From Phoronis australis (Eukaryota; Animalia; Phoronida), in contig NMRA01000650.1 of assembly GCA_002633005.1 (NCBI GenBank), positions 119,260 to 183,259 of the forward strand: a stretch of 64,000 bases of DNA, written 5' to 3'. Under the pieces are notes generated by a model that was not told the DNA's origin, made no database searches, and saw only the letters and a program-made list of their open reading frames with translations. Each line of letters begins with the position of its first letter. Position 1 is the first letter of the stretch. Positions 33,901 to 46,959 of the stretch are shown here, piece after piece. The position numbers and the translations under genes were made by a program.

Positions 33901-35424
33901 TAAAAACTTACAGATGCCTCTCAAAACGTTGCTAGCAAGTACATTTAAATTTACTTCTTTAGTTAAGTTGCTATCCCCAGATTAGGTTTTTAAAATGTAT
34001 GGTCAGGTTAGGCGTTTTTGTTAAAGAACAATGGACGTGTTCGTTTATCACGCAGTTCAGTAAAATTAGGACAATAAAATTAGAAACTGCGTGTTAGAGA
34101 ATGACTGCAAAGTTATAATCAAGTACACCGTACACCGAACCGTTCTCGATAATAAATCGTTCCCGTCAGTTGAGATGAAGGTGATGTACACAAAATAGAA
34201 AGAAAAACAAGCTGCGACTCTTCTGTTAGTCTTGAAAAACTGGAATAGAAGGCTTTACCGTTTACCTGTATTGTATAATACAATTTGTTGTAACTACACG
34301 ATATCTAAACGTTCAAACCTAACACTTTATCTAACAATTGATGTCATGATGACGACCCTTTTTTAAACATTTTTACTGGACAAGAACTGCATAAAACGGT
34401 CTCCAAGAGTTTTTCTTCAAATAGCACACGGGCGTGGCAAAGTATCATACACAGTCGTAACTTCGGTACGATATTAGCGCACTGGCTTAAAATGCAATTT
34501 TCACGCGCCGGTGAAACTGAAATTATATAACCAACCACAAAACGAAAACTAAAAATCCTGCGCGCGAGATGGATACAGGGAAACGTCAAACTACTGATGA
34601 AATTCAAGGATTTTGTAGAGGATATACTTTTTTCACAGCTTGTTGTATTCGCAAGCATAAAATCAAACACGGTCACAGGGACTCTCTTTCGGTGCATTCA
34701 TTCTCAACGGCTGTAAGCACGCAGACTCACAATTCTCTCAGAGTCAAAATTACGTTTTTCTTCGTTTTCTGGGGCATCTTTCTATGGTATGAACATTTCG
34801 TTGATGGAATATTATGGCAACCCTGTGAATGAAACAACAAACTTAGGTGTGTTTAACGTAATTTCGGTGTTTTCAAATGTGATTTAAAAGGGAAATTCAT
34901 ACAGTCAACAATCCAAGTATTGTATTTTGGCTTCATCTTCAATTAACACCACTTCTGTACCGGAATACTTCATATTTGTGGCACAGAGACTCTTTGAATG
35001 TGACACCGTTTCCTTGACACTGTTCAAACTTTCAGTTTCACATGTCTACCGCTAGATGCCCTAGATGTTAGTCATTAACTGCGGTACTCTGTTGGTCAGG
35101 CCTTAATTATCCACCGTACCGAACCAAGTGAACCCGACGATGAACTTTATTTCTTGAAGATACACCGAATTGTCGAAGACAAAAAAAACGCAAATTTATC
35201 AAAAAACAACAATGATAGCATGCGGTGTAAGTTGTTTTGCACTGTCACTTTACTGTTTGTTTTCTGTGTGAAAACAATATGACGATAAAATGAACCGCGA
35301 AAGTGGCGAAATGTCCTCCGCACACAAAATTTTAATGGGTGAGAGGTATTAAAATGATGTGAGAAATCTAAAATTTTTATTGAAAATAGCGATGCTAAAA
35401 TACTTTCACTGGGTTGGATCTACA

Positions 35425-35532
35425 GTAAACCTAGATGATGACCAAACCCTACGACAGGCATTAAACCTAGAGGATGACGAGACCCTGCGACAGGCATTAA
35501 ACCTAGAGGATGACGAGACCCTGCGACAGGCA
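35425..35532 (+). repeat. 36-bp tandem repeat x3 (translates as LNLEDDETLRQA)
   Basis: Unit TTAAACCTAGAGGATGACGAGACCCTGCGACAGGCA is directly visible. Confidence 0.95.
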
Positions 35533-36062
35533 GTGTCAGGGCAATATGTAACCTGGGCTGGTACTGCGAAACCTGATGTACACGTGGATGACAGAGGGTG
35601 GGGTGAAGTTATGTTCACTGAGGGATATGGCCCCTTAATTAATCTTAGTTAATCTTTGTTTGCTAATATGTAAATGTCTTGACGAGTTTTTCATCACTGT
35701 CACTGTCCACACAGTGCGTACCTCGTGAACGACGCCGGCTGTCTATCAGAGTTGCCGAGCGCATGCACAGGGTGCGGCGATCAGGGACAGGTTGATTTTG
35801 GGATCAGTGTCGGGAGAGAGAAATTAGGGGCATAGGACGTGGAGCGGATATATGGTGGCGACCGCGATTGATCAGACGTCTCTATTGTGATAGCAATGTT
35901 CCGTATACGCCTTAATTCTATTATAATAACGTGATCGAGGTGTTTTAGTAATCAGGCACGCAGGAAGAGGTCTTAGAACTTATGCGAATGTTAATATTAC
36001 TAATTATACCACAAAAGTAGCCTCGAATGGCATATACAACCGTGTATTAACCAATAAAGTTA

Positions 36063-36168
36063 TCTCACTAGTGAGATAACGATTTGGAGGAAAACCGAGG
36101 ACAAAGTCGTACCCGGGACCTTGGAATTACTGGTCGCCGACTTTACCACTACCCCATGCAGCGACTGA
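36063..36168 (-). mobile_element. tRNA-derived SINE-like head
   Basis: The minus strand has an A-box-like TGGGGTAGTGG and a B-box-like GGTACGACT at tRNA spacing. No complete cloverleaf. Confidence 0.55.
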
Positions 36169-36826
36169 CGTCATAAAGCGTGAAAGTAGAATACTTAAAG
36201 TCCTGGTCTCACACGTTGTTAATCCTTATTACATGGTTAGAGGATGTTATAAAGCTTCAGGAAATACCTACCCCATAATAATACACGATCCGTACTCGAA
36301 AAAAAGTTTAAATGAGCGCGCCCTGATTCACGATTCGCACCCGAGGAACCTCCGCCATTTTGAACTTGCCGCGAGCCCGGGAAGTACAATTCATTCAGGA
36401 ACCCAGGGTGAGAAAACGCCGTCAGTGTGAGTGCGTGTTACCAGCCTGCAAATGGGGATAAAACAATGTACAGCGCGCCTTACTTTTAATAAAATCAAAA
36501 TACGGACAATTTTATCGAATTTGCTGAAGAGATGTGGCGAATAAATTTTGACAGAAATTATTTTGCCGGCCTATTGGACCCGAGACAAGATGCTGGCGAA
36601 AGGTAAAGGCATGCGGTTGCAAGCTATTTTGTCGAAATAAAATGTTCAAATCACATATGCCGTATATATTCAAAGGTAGTTTCAGACACTCGCATAAAAT
36701 TACGGGTTGGTTACTCCTGTTTCACACTGCCGCGGCAGCCCTTAGCTAGCCTCAGTGCTAGCTCACCAGTATGAAGACTACCGTCAAAATACAGCTAGCT
36801 TGTTAGTAGACCCATATAGCTTTGGG

Positions 36827-37238
36827 CCAAGGCTACCCTTAGGCCTACCTGGTTGCTGGCCACAGCTCTCGCTCAAACGAGGTTTACTTAGAACTTGGGT
36901 ACTTCTGGCGAACTGTGCAAAGTTGTTGTCTTTCAACAGAGGTTTTCCCGGCAGACTTTGTATGAGCGCAACAAGCTTAAAAAATGGCGGGCTGGAATTT
37001 TTGGGAATGTCTATCTTTTACTGTAAGATTCACTAGGTATGTTCGGAGTTATGAATTGCAGACGCTAAATTTTGGTACTTCCTGTCTTCTAGTGGAATAT
37101 TATCTCGTTTTGTACTTTTTTGGAGTTCGTGTTTCTTTGACTGAGGAAACCTTTTTCCATTTCTCCAAAGGGGACTCATTCGAGCACATAAGTATGACAA
37201 GTCCAATACAAAATGTTATCATTTTTTATTCATTGAGC
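36827..37238 (+). repeat. ~410-bp interspersed repeat; second direct copy at 56705-57119
   Basis: Both copies start CCAAGGCTACC.TTAGGC.TACCTGG and share CGCTCAAACGAGGTTTA.TTAGAACTTGGG and TTCGAGCACATAAGTATGA. Confidence 0.85.
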
Positions 37239-39631
37239 CAAAATAATTCAACCTTTTAACATAATAAGTAACGTATAATCCACAATACTTTACAACATTT
37301 AGCATTAGTGATTTTGTATAAGAGACGCGTATTAAGCTGAGCATCCGTCAGAGGGCACAACCACCAATACAATGCAGCGAGAGACACATTGTAGATTCGC
37401 AAATGAGATAATGCAATTTAATTTAAACGTCGCTTTCGAAACGAACTAACACAAGTCTTCAACTTTCGATGTACAATGTTTCTGATTACAGTTAATCCTC
37501 CCAATGGAATGTAACCAACTTAGATTAGTGCACATGGGTGCAATGGAGGCAATCACATTCATCCTAGCTGCATTGAATAAAAAGATTTCACAACATAATA
37601 TTTATATGTAAAACATTTATCTATATGATTCTAGAAAACATGGAATTCTAAACATTTACGTCACTTAGTATTTATCCCATACGCGTTGAAGCTGTCGAGG
37701 GAAATACGGCCATGTAATATTTTTTTATCCTTATTCACCTCCTGCACTACTTAAGTAGTGACCTCTGACATGGAATGTTCAAAAGGTAGGTCAATGTAGA
37801 CTCGACGTCTTCAGCCCGTTCGATCATCGAATAACGGTTGAAAGTAATGCAGTTGCAACAGTGTAACTAACAATCGACATGCAACCAGGCCTTAAACGTA
37901 AAATCTGCAACAGAGATGTGAATTGTAAGACATTTACATGTATGTCTCAGTTTTCAATTGCTGAATACTACATGTATATTGTCTGCGACTCAGGCGCCGA
38001 TTCCTAGGAAACTACAATATCAAAAAATTGTTTTTTAACTATCTCCAATTGTTTCAAGTTCACTGCACGGTTGGCGTTGTTTTCATCTTTGTTACCTCTT
38101 TTCAAGAAATAAATCGCTAATTTTAAAACTCTTTCTTTTACCATAGAAAACTTGCAACCTACCGCGCAAGTAAATACATATAGGATATTATCCACCATGT
38201 GAACAGTCTGGGCAAAGTATTTAAAAAATCTGCCGAAAAAACGTAAGAAATTTAGGAATTCGAAGCGTATGGGATAATTCGGTCTCAGTCGATAGGCAGA
38301 ATAACGTGTCATGGGACATTACTTCATGTACTCCACTCACGGTACGTTTTGTGTATTTACATGCAAACATTTATTTTTATGATTTTAGAAACATGGAATT
38401 CTAAATCTCTACGTCACCCGGCAATAATTTTATAGTGTAGATTCAACGCACTCTTGTCAGAAATGACATTATTGCTTAACAGGAGATGTTTGAAACGGCA
38501 TGCCCTGAATGAATTATGATTAGTGTTTACATGAAAACAATGATACTTTCAAAACAAGTAGTTGTAAATGGTAAACAATTACTCCAAAGACATGTGCAAA
38601 ATGCCTACGCTATCTACGTAAGTTAATGCTAGAAAAAAATGGATAAGACACTGGCAGGGGGGATAAAAGTGGGGCAAGGGGTCAGTCATGGCCTTCCTGA
38701 AATCCCCTGGATTCGATTTGACATCAGAGGCCGGTGCAAATATCTGACGTACAAATTCCTGGCTAATATTCTGAAATGCTCTCTTAACCCCAACCCAAAA
38801 TCATGCAGACCAGCACTGGGTGTTCACCAAATACCCTGAGTAACTCCTACATAGGCAGACGTGACTGATATAGGTACTACATGTATGTGTAACTCAGTAT
38901 GCACTTGTCAATGATATGCGCTAATGCAGGTCAGAACTGGATGTAGAACAATTATCTGATGTAACTCGGTACAGACGTGTCTGGGATTTAATGAGATTAA
39001 TGGCACTTTGACATAAATCCTATTATTTGGGCAAATAACATTCTACAGCTCTTCGTCCTTCATTTCCAACCCCTAGTTAGTTCCTACCAAATCCGATGGT
39101 AGCACTGTTTGTTCTTTCTCTCCAGCTTCTTGTTTGACCCAGCAACAGTACATTCACTCGTAAGTTTTCCCTATTAGACCACTTGAAAACTCTTAAAAGG
39201 TAGTTGAAACCAAAGGAAATGGACCGATGCCTTTCTCGGATTTCCCTCCATAATCATTGAAGCTCACCCCCCCCCCTCCAGAGGGCAGGCAGGACGTGTG
39301 ACTTGGGGCACATCACCCTAGGGACATGTTGGATACCTCACGATGTGCAGTAGAGTACCGCTCCCGGCCCACAAAGCTCACAATCCAGCCACACCCTGGG
39401 CGACCACAGAGCCGGGGTTGTGGTCGTTTTATATGACAGGCCCCTCCACTGACGCCGTACCGCACCCATCTACAATGCAGACTCAGCTATACCTTAACTA
39501 CAACGGAAATTGCACTACATGGCAATGCAGACACAGATATTCCTGGAGGACCTCAGGTAGTTCCCATACGAGCACTGCATGTTACAGGGCCACCCAACAC
39601 TCTCGGCCGTGCGCCTTCCCAGGGTGCAGCC

Positions 39632-40027
39632 GCCCAATGGACAACCCTGCCCATGTGGCACATACTGAGCCACAACACCACGTTCCTTACGATATGTTTT
39701 TTATCACTCCGGCTGGTCTGCTCACTCAGCTTGTCCGGAACCTGCTTTGCAGGTTGTTATAGCCCAGCTGGCTGTTTGACGTACCCCCTTGATACTTTAT
39801 TATATGATAGTTGCCCATTTGGCAGTTGTACCCATTTGGTATTTGTTATTGAATTTGCCGTTTTGCTAGACCCAGTTGGTAGGCAATCTGCCAATACCCA
39901 TTTGGTATTATGTACCCATTTAGTACAATGCTAACCTGTGCCACTTAGTATCCGATACTCAATTACACATTGGGTATCGTAAATGTGTGTGTTATCTCTT
40001 GTAATTAAGGAACACACCTGGTTCCTT
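39632..40027 (-). repeat. Inverted copy of the 32471-32867 repeat
   Basis: Reverse-complement alignment by eye. Confidence 0.85.
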
Positions 40028-41919
40028 CTGTAAAATAATCAATTGTAGAGCTGTGACACTGAAATTTCCAATACGACCTAGGATATTTATTACTGTTGTT
40101 GTTTTATTTATCCCCAATAAGTCCCTTTGTGTCAGGACTGGGTATTCAGCTGGTACATTGGGTGACTCTGCAAAGCCGTCGTTGGTCACGTATCATCGAT
40201 ATGAACACAGAGTACTGGTGTGTTTCTTGTAAATGCAAACTCTGTATAAGTCACATTTTGCATGATAACCACATCGCTTCCAAATTAGTATGTTGTTTTG
40301 CACACGCAAAGTCGGTAGAGCTTCTTTTAAATTTACATTTGTATACATGTGTACACTGTATGTGAATGTATTGCTGTGAACACCTACAGGCTGCATTGTT
40401 GCATTGTCTGTACATAACAGGTGTTGTGGACACAATGAGAATATGAACATGTATGCTTGGTTTATTGTGATATGTAGCTTAGCAACATTTTTTGTCTGAG
40501 CTCTTACCGCAAAATACACGCAACTTTATATTTTTTAAATTTTAATAGTCAGGCGTGGTTCGACCATACAATTGTTGTAAATGTTCAAATTCCGTTACAC
40601 TATTCCGGTAATTCCCAGCACGACCATTTGCAACTGTGAATATAAGAGAAGACGAATTAAATACACAGAGATAGATATTTGTGCTCCACGACCAACTGTA
40701 ATCATCAGCTGAGCGCCGTGCTTCCTCAAGATTTCGACATATAAAGCTCATAATCTCTCCACACGTTTGGTCCGCAACAGCTGGTCGATGTATTTGAGTT
40801 GCAGTTGGCCATAAAGTCTTAAATCAATTTTAATAAATATTGGACATGTACTTCCGCATAATCCATGTGCTGCCCTCTAGAGCCTGTGTCCACAAACTCT
40901 CACCTTGATGGAATGGTTCACACCAGCGACTTTCAGGAACCTCCTCAAAGATGAAGACGGAAAGTCTCGACACCCCACCTCAAAAGGAATAAGTTCACCG
41001 CTGTAACTATTACCCTAGACTTGTTTTGCTAGTTCTGCATATCGTAACATGTTACGCTCATGAGGTTCATATAAACCATCATCCCATTCAACACTTAGTT
41101 TACCAAGAACAGGATATGTCCTCATCTAATACAAAAGAAAGACGAGACCAAAATATAGAGAGGCAATGTTGAAAGGAAGAACATGAAGGTAAACTTGTTA
41201 TTAACCACGGGATAAAATTATTCGATCCGCTACCATAAGATGTTTACGAAAGTAGTAATTTTGGCTAAGCTGAAGATGATCTTTAATAGTATTATTAGGA
41301 ACAAATGCTCCAGTAGTATTGGGGACAAAGGAAAATGTAAAAAATTCTAACTGCATTGTTTTCGAACTTGAATGATGTGAATAATGCTTATTTCATTAAA
41401 TACTTGAGCTTCTTTTTAAAATATCATGGAAATTTAAATGTTCACACCACAGCGTATCTTCCCTGGAAAATGTAAAACTGTTCAATGGGTTTATGGGGGT
41501 TTGAAGGTTTACATTGTGTGTCAACCATCTGGGATCATGTATCAAAGTAACTTTCAATATTCTATTTCATCTATGCCATGTTAAAGCACCGTAAAGTTTT
41601 TGGAGACTTAAAAACTTAACTAGGCATTTACATTTTAGATCTTTTTTGAATTTAGCAAAATTTTAGTTTTTCATTGCAGGAGATGCATCATACATGTAGA
41701 CTTATGATTGTTAAGCCCACGTGAACTGCATCAAAGTTAAGTTCAAAGAATGTGGAAACCGCATTTCAACTGATCGCTTGGCAACTAATGAGCAATTTAA
41801 CAGCGTACTAGCTTTCTTCAATTATAAAAGTTATGGTCTATTTAAATCTGCTCGGTGAACTCGCAGCAGAGATAACCAAGTGTAACCTGTTAAGGAGCTT
41901 GTCGACCACAAACGAAGAC

Positions 41920-42265
41920 TTGGTGGGACTCTACACAACTCTCTGTTGGTTGCTCATGTCTTATGCTGGGAATTGTAAGATTCATACACGCCCTGTGGTG
42001 AAAATTGCGAGATTCTACACAGAAAGCTGGTCGTGTACGTCCATTGATGCAAGTTATGAGGTTCTACATAACTCTCAGCTGACTGTGCACGTCTTAGAAT
42101 ATGAAAAGTGACATTCTGCATTAGCCTCAGCTGGTCAAGCACGTCAGAAGGTGAGAGGTATGAGATTCTATACAACTGTCAGCTGGTGAGACACGTCCTG
42201 TGATGGAAGTTGTGAGGTCCTAAATATTCTCCCAATTGGTAGAGCGCAAGTCCTCTGGTGAGATA
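41920..42265. repeat. Degenerate ~52-bp minisatellite, about 6 units
   Basis: Recurring GAGATTCTACACAACTCTCAGCTGGT...CACGTCC...GAAGTT pattern. Confidence 0.6.
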
Positions 42266-43736
42266 TGTTCGCATTTACTTTTTTCGCTTGCTGTGAAATC
42301 GTAAGACTCGGCAGCCTTCAGAAACACTGACATACATTCGGTGTAAATATCTGGGGAACGTTACATGAGAACTGAACTAAGAAAGTAAAGAGCAAAACTT
42401 TGTCTAAATTAAAACAAATGACTAAAATGCTACAGAGTCGGACTTTTGTCTTCGACCATAACTTAGACTGAATTTAAATCGAGTTTTTATATAGATGATT
42501 ATGCAAACTTTGTCACCGGGTTGGTCTTAAGAAATTTTATGAAGCGCGATTTAACACATTTTGGTCTGAAGTTAACTCAAAGTGGTCCAAATTAAAACAG
42601 AAAATATCTTCGGAAGAATTCCATATTGCAACGTTTGAAACATGTTCAACTGCTATCTCTGCATTAAATGTAGTTGATGTATTTGCCGACAGGGACCATC
42701 TCAGTCTCTACCATATTGTGTTTTGATATAACAAAATATAGGTTATTTGAAGTTAAGGTCGCGTAATCACATAATGAACGTGTTACAGGTTAACATTCAT
42801 AAACGCTGGTAGGACATGACTTATCTGTGAGAACTATTTAAACTACATGTACTCACTCCCATAAAGCGCTGGATAGACTTTGCTTCGCCAACTTTGACTG
42901 AACCATAGGCTATGAAAGCTCAGCTTAATAGACATTTTCGGTGAAAAAAGCCGGATTTACTTTTACGTGGGTTGCAGAGTTATCGAGACAATACAAAATG
43001 TGATTGTACAAGCCAAGTCTTTGTGAAGATAATTATAAAAACAGAGCTCATTACTTTGGGTAAAAAGCTGAGCAAGTTCACCACGGCTGTAGAGAATTGC
43101 TTTGACTCTGTACCCCCCAGGCTATACATGTACTTGCACAATTTTGAAAAGGGACGCCTGGACTTTGGAGATATAGAGGGACAGTTGTACCGCTCTAAGT
43201 GTGACTGGAGAACATCAGGCAAATGTGGCAACATGACATACACGTGTTACATTATTTTGAAATATGCTATATTTTTACATCTACATGTATGTTGGGTGAT
43301 TAAACCAATGGTAAAAACTCGGGTGATTCTGTGAATGGACTTACTGAGAGGTCTATGCGAAATTTATTGTCCAAAATTCTGTGCTCACGATAAATGGCAT
43401 TCAGTGCAATTATAAGTTTGTGAATACGAGGCATAGCCTGCAACAACACGCGGCTACATAGTTCATTCTGACTCATTGCAATTGTATGTCAACACCCGTT
43501 CTGATATTTAGGGAAAAATCTGTTTAGATCTGCAAATGTCTAATCTTGATCGCCATATCATGAAACTTGTTCTAAACAAGAGCCTGAGCAACTGGCGTAC
43601 GACTCCAACACGGAGGTGTGAGCGCAGTGTCGCGTAAAACAAATCAAACCAGCTCTGATTTCACTAGTTGTACATGACTCGTTTTTAGTACAACAGTATG
43701 CTACCTTCACCTTCACCATTAATGTCTTGCATGTCA

Positions 43737-44867
43737 GGGCCCCGTGGCATAAAACTCTGTTTAACTAAGAGCTTATACGCCGGATAAAATTTATACGCCG
43801 GATAGGTAAATTTGGGTTGCACAAAGCTTTGATAAGGTTCGAATAACTATCCGGCGGATATTTATGTGTTACGGTGGACAGCCAAATTGGATACCATATA
43901 AGGCAATCCCCATAATTCCTGTTACCATGGCACAAACAAAGTGGCTGAAGCTAAGAAAGATCTTGTAATTGGACAGAGAACGAAAACAACCTTGTGACTC
44001 AGTGAAGTTGCCGAGTAAAACTTGCAAGTTCAGTCAGAAGGTGACAAAGGCCGAAAAGAAGTCTGTTTGGGAAGAGATAGCTTCCAAAATCACCAGTCTG
44101 GGAACAGCAAAGAGGACACCGTATGACGCAAAGGACCAGTGGAGACACATGGTGTCTGGGGCGAGAGCTTCACAGAATCAATTGCAAAGAGAAGTGAAGA
44201 AAACGGGAGGAGGCTCTGGCCCCAAACGCATGGAGGAGGCTGAGAAAAAAATCGTTGCATTGTTTACAGACACACCCATGCAGTTTTAGTGGATTGGAAG
44301 CTCCAATTGAATCAGGTATTAATTAATCAAGTGAGGCAAAAGAATATTCCATGGTTTATATGATACATTACCAACAACACTTGATAAGAATGCTCTCTAC
44401 TTTTCACTTTTCTTCATAATTGAAACGTACAACTCTCTTAGGTGTTCAATAATTAATTGCTACGTAGCATTCACTGCTTTGAAAAAATAGGTCAACCAAG
44501 TTTGGAATATAGGTCATAGGGTTATATACATGTATGTCAACGGAACAGACACGTTGCACGAATGTAGCTACAGCACAGGTACGTGAACCTAAAATCCCGT
44601 AGCGATAAGACACAAGTTTTTTATATTTACAAATACCAAGTTGAACATTCTCTTCCATTTCTTAAACACAGAAGCTATGGCCCTATGTTGATTGATCAAA
44701 TCCCGGGGATGGAAACATGGACAAATCCATGCATTTGATCTGTCACTGAAAACGAAATAGAAGCCAACCAAAGGGGAAGAATAAAAGAAGAAAGGAAATT
44801 GGACTTAGAAATAGAAAATCTTACACTAAAGAACAAGAAACTCAAGATGGAAATTGAAAACGTGTGA
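43737..44867 (+). mobile_element. Harbinger element remnant with pseudogenised Myb/SANT-like (NAIF1-type) DNA-binding ORF
   Basis: KFSQKVTKAEKKSVWEEIASKITSLGTAKRT...KDQW...KKTGGG matches the Harbinger Myb/SANT-like ORF pattern. Coiled-coil tail RKLDLEIENLTLKNKKLKMEIENV* ends at 44867. TIR-like start GGGCCCCGTGGCATAAAAC at 43737. Frameshifts are present and the other TIR was not found. Confidence 0.8.
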
Positions 44868-45829
44868 CTTTTTTGATCAACTGTTCCTTTTGCAAGTGTT
44901 GTGCTGTTATTTGATTATTCGTTTATTTGTTACTGTTGCCTGTATTTACTGCGTCTCGTTAAACCACAACATTTAGAAAAGATATGCGTATTTAATCAAT
45001 CAGTATCGATACCGTTTATTGTAGATTCCAATGTACATTCAGAGTATATTCACAAAGTAGTTATTCTCTTAAAGCCATAGGCTTGCAAATATACAATGCA
45101 AAGGCTTTGAATAAATTCATGACTTTTCTGATGGAATAATTAACATTCACAAGCTCTGGTGCAATTATAAAAGCGTATCCCAAATTCACCTTGAGACATA
45201 ACATATACTGAAACCTAAAACATATTTACAGAAATCAGGGGTGAATCCAGGAGTTTGAGTTAGGGGGGCCTTTGGAAGCATCTACATGTATAACGGACGG
45301 CTGGAAAGAGCACACTGATGACTTTGGCTGCGACACTCAGTGCCTTCAGAGCAAAGCTGTTCTCAAATGATTGATTAGTTAACATTCACAAGCTTTGGTG
45401 CAAAGAAAATCGTATCCCAAATTCAACGCCAGACATAACATATACTGAAACCTAGAACTTATTTACAAACCATTTGCAAAACTGATGGAACACAGGACAC
45501 TTTTCACTACTTACATTCTTTATTCCGTTAAGCTCATATGCTCGATATAAAACACAACACCAAACGGAACAGTGATGAAGTATCTGATCAAGAGACATGA
45601 ATAAAATGTGCATGATATTTCGAAACATACTTGTTTCACTCTCAAATGACGCACAATGCCACCACAGAGCATAAATTGGAGACATACATGTACACAGCGG
45701 GGCACGACAGGCTTGAAATACTCCAAAGAAAGACAAATGAAGGGGTTAACAGGTAATCCACGCAAGCAAGAGTAACGTGCGGTCTGACATTGTTTGCTGT
45801 TCATTCAAAACAGGCATTTCAAATACAAT

Positions 45830-46790
45830 GAAAGAGACTCCCAATACTTTCACTTGCAGCACATCGTGGTGTACGTACAGAATTGACGTGTTTATCACAA
45901 TTTCTTGACGGGTGGTTTTTACGTTCCTGACATTGCATAATTATATTGGATGGCGCCACTTTAACTAAACCGACGGAAAAGACTGTTAACCGCTTGACCA
46001 ATGTAACATTGTTTGACATTTTAAGGAAGACATTCGTTCATTGGGCATACAAAGTCTTTAACAATACTACACAGGGCAACGGGATCGGTTTTCCGCTTAA
46101 GAAATGATATGTTTCACGGCCAACGAACTTAGAGGACTTCCTCTTATGATAATAAATAATAACATCGATGTAATCATCGTGTTTACATACTGTAACATTA
46201 ACCCTGATGATTTTCTTGTAACATTTTTTTGTAAAATACCTGTTTGGTCAAACTGGTCCGAAGTGCAGGGACTTCACAATTACTTCAGGTCTACCAAAGC
46301 ATTGGTGTCGGTACCCGTTATTCCCCTATGTTTGTGTTCTGCGATCTACCTCTTGAACTAACAATAAGCAGTTGGCTGACACCGAATACGAACTCTTTAG
46401 GAAGTTCAGCACTTTGTGAGCAACATATCAAATGAATCCTCACGAGATTTAATGGAGTAACTCTGAATGTATGGTTTATGATGTTATCAAGATGCTTCGC
46501 TATCTTGTAAGTACATGTAGGGGTCAGGACATGGAATATTATCAGCCGTAGAGGAACAACTTTTTGTGCATAGAGATAACCTTCGGAGTAGTCACCTTCA
46601 AATTCAGACTAGAAAATTTGACGACGAGCCTCATCATTTATAGCCCGAGACGACTGAATTCATGTCTAATTTAAGCTCAATGAGGGGTGTCCGACTAATG
46701 CTTGTAAATTTTGTAGGGTCACATACTACTACTAGACTATCGGGATAGTCATCTTTGTTTAAAATATCATGATACTGAGCAGACTTCTCG
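45830..46790 (-). mobile_element. Decayed Penelope-like element (RT N-terminal region and GIY-YIG remnants)
   Basis: Broken minus-strand motifs: LNKDDY...DPTKF, GYLY...PLRLII...TPT..YKIAKHLDNII, and NV...DVIIYYHKRKSS. The last is homologous to the + strand fragment at 55215-55490. Confidence 0.65.
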
Positions 46791-46959
46791 GGGAATAACG
46801 ATATTATATAACATTAACAGTTATGCTAATAACGTTTGTGATTGCTTTGTGCTTCAAATCTGTTTTTCTCCTGAAGCTTTTATGCAGGTCGACAGTCCGA
46901 AGGGGAGTTAGTCGGGAAGACGTTTTAGGAGCAGTGGCTTTTTGAGCTGGTGAATTAAG

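Noticed and set aside
35425-35532. 36-bp repeats as a CRISPR array
   Set aside because: The units are directly adjacent with no spacers, the context is eukaryotic, and there are no cas genes.
45141-45454. ~77-bp direct repeats (45141-45217, 45380-45454) as LTRs; likewise ~55-bp repeats at 37611 and 38365
   Set aside because: No TG...CA ends, PBS/PPT or TSD; they look like old local duplications.
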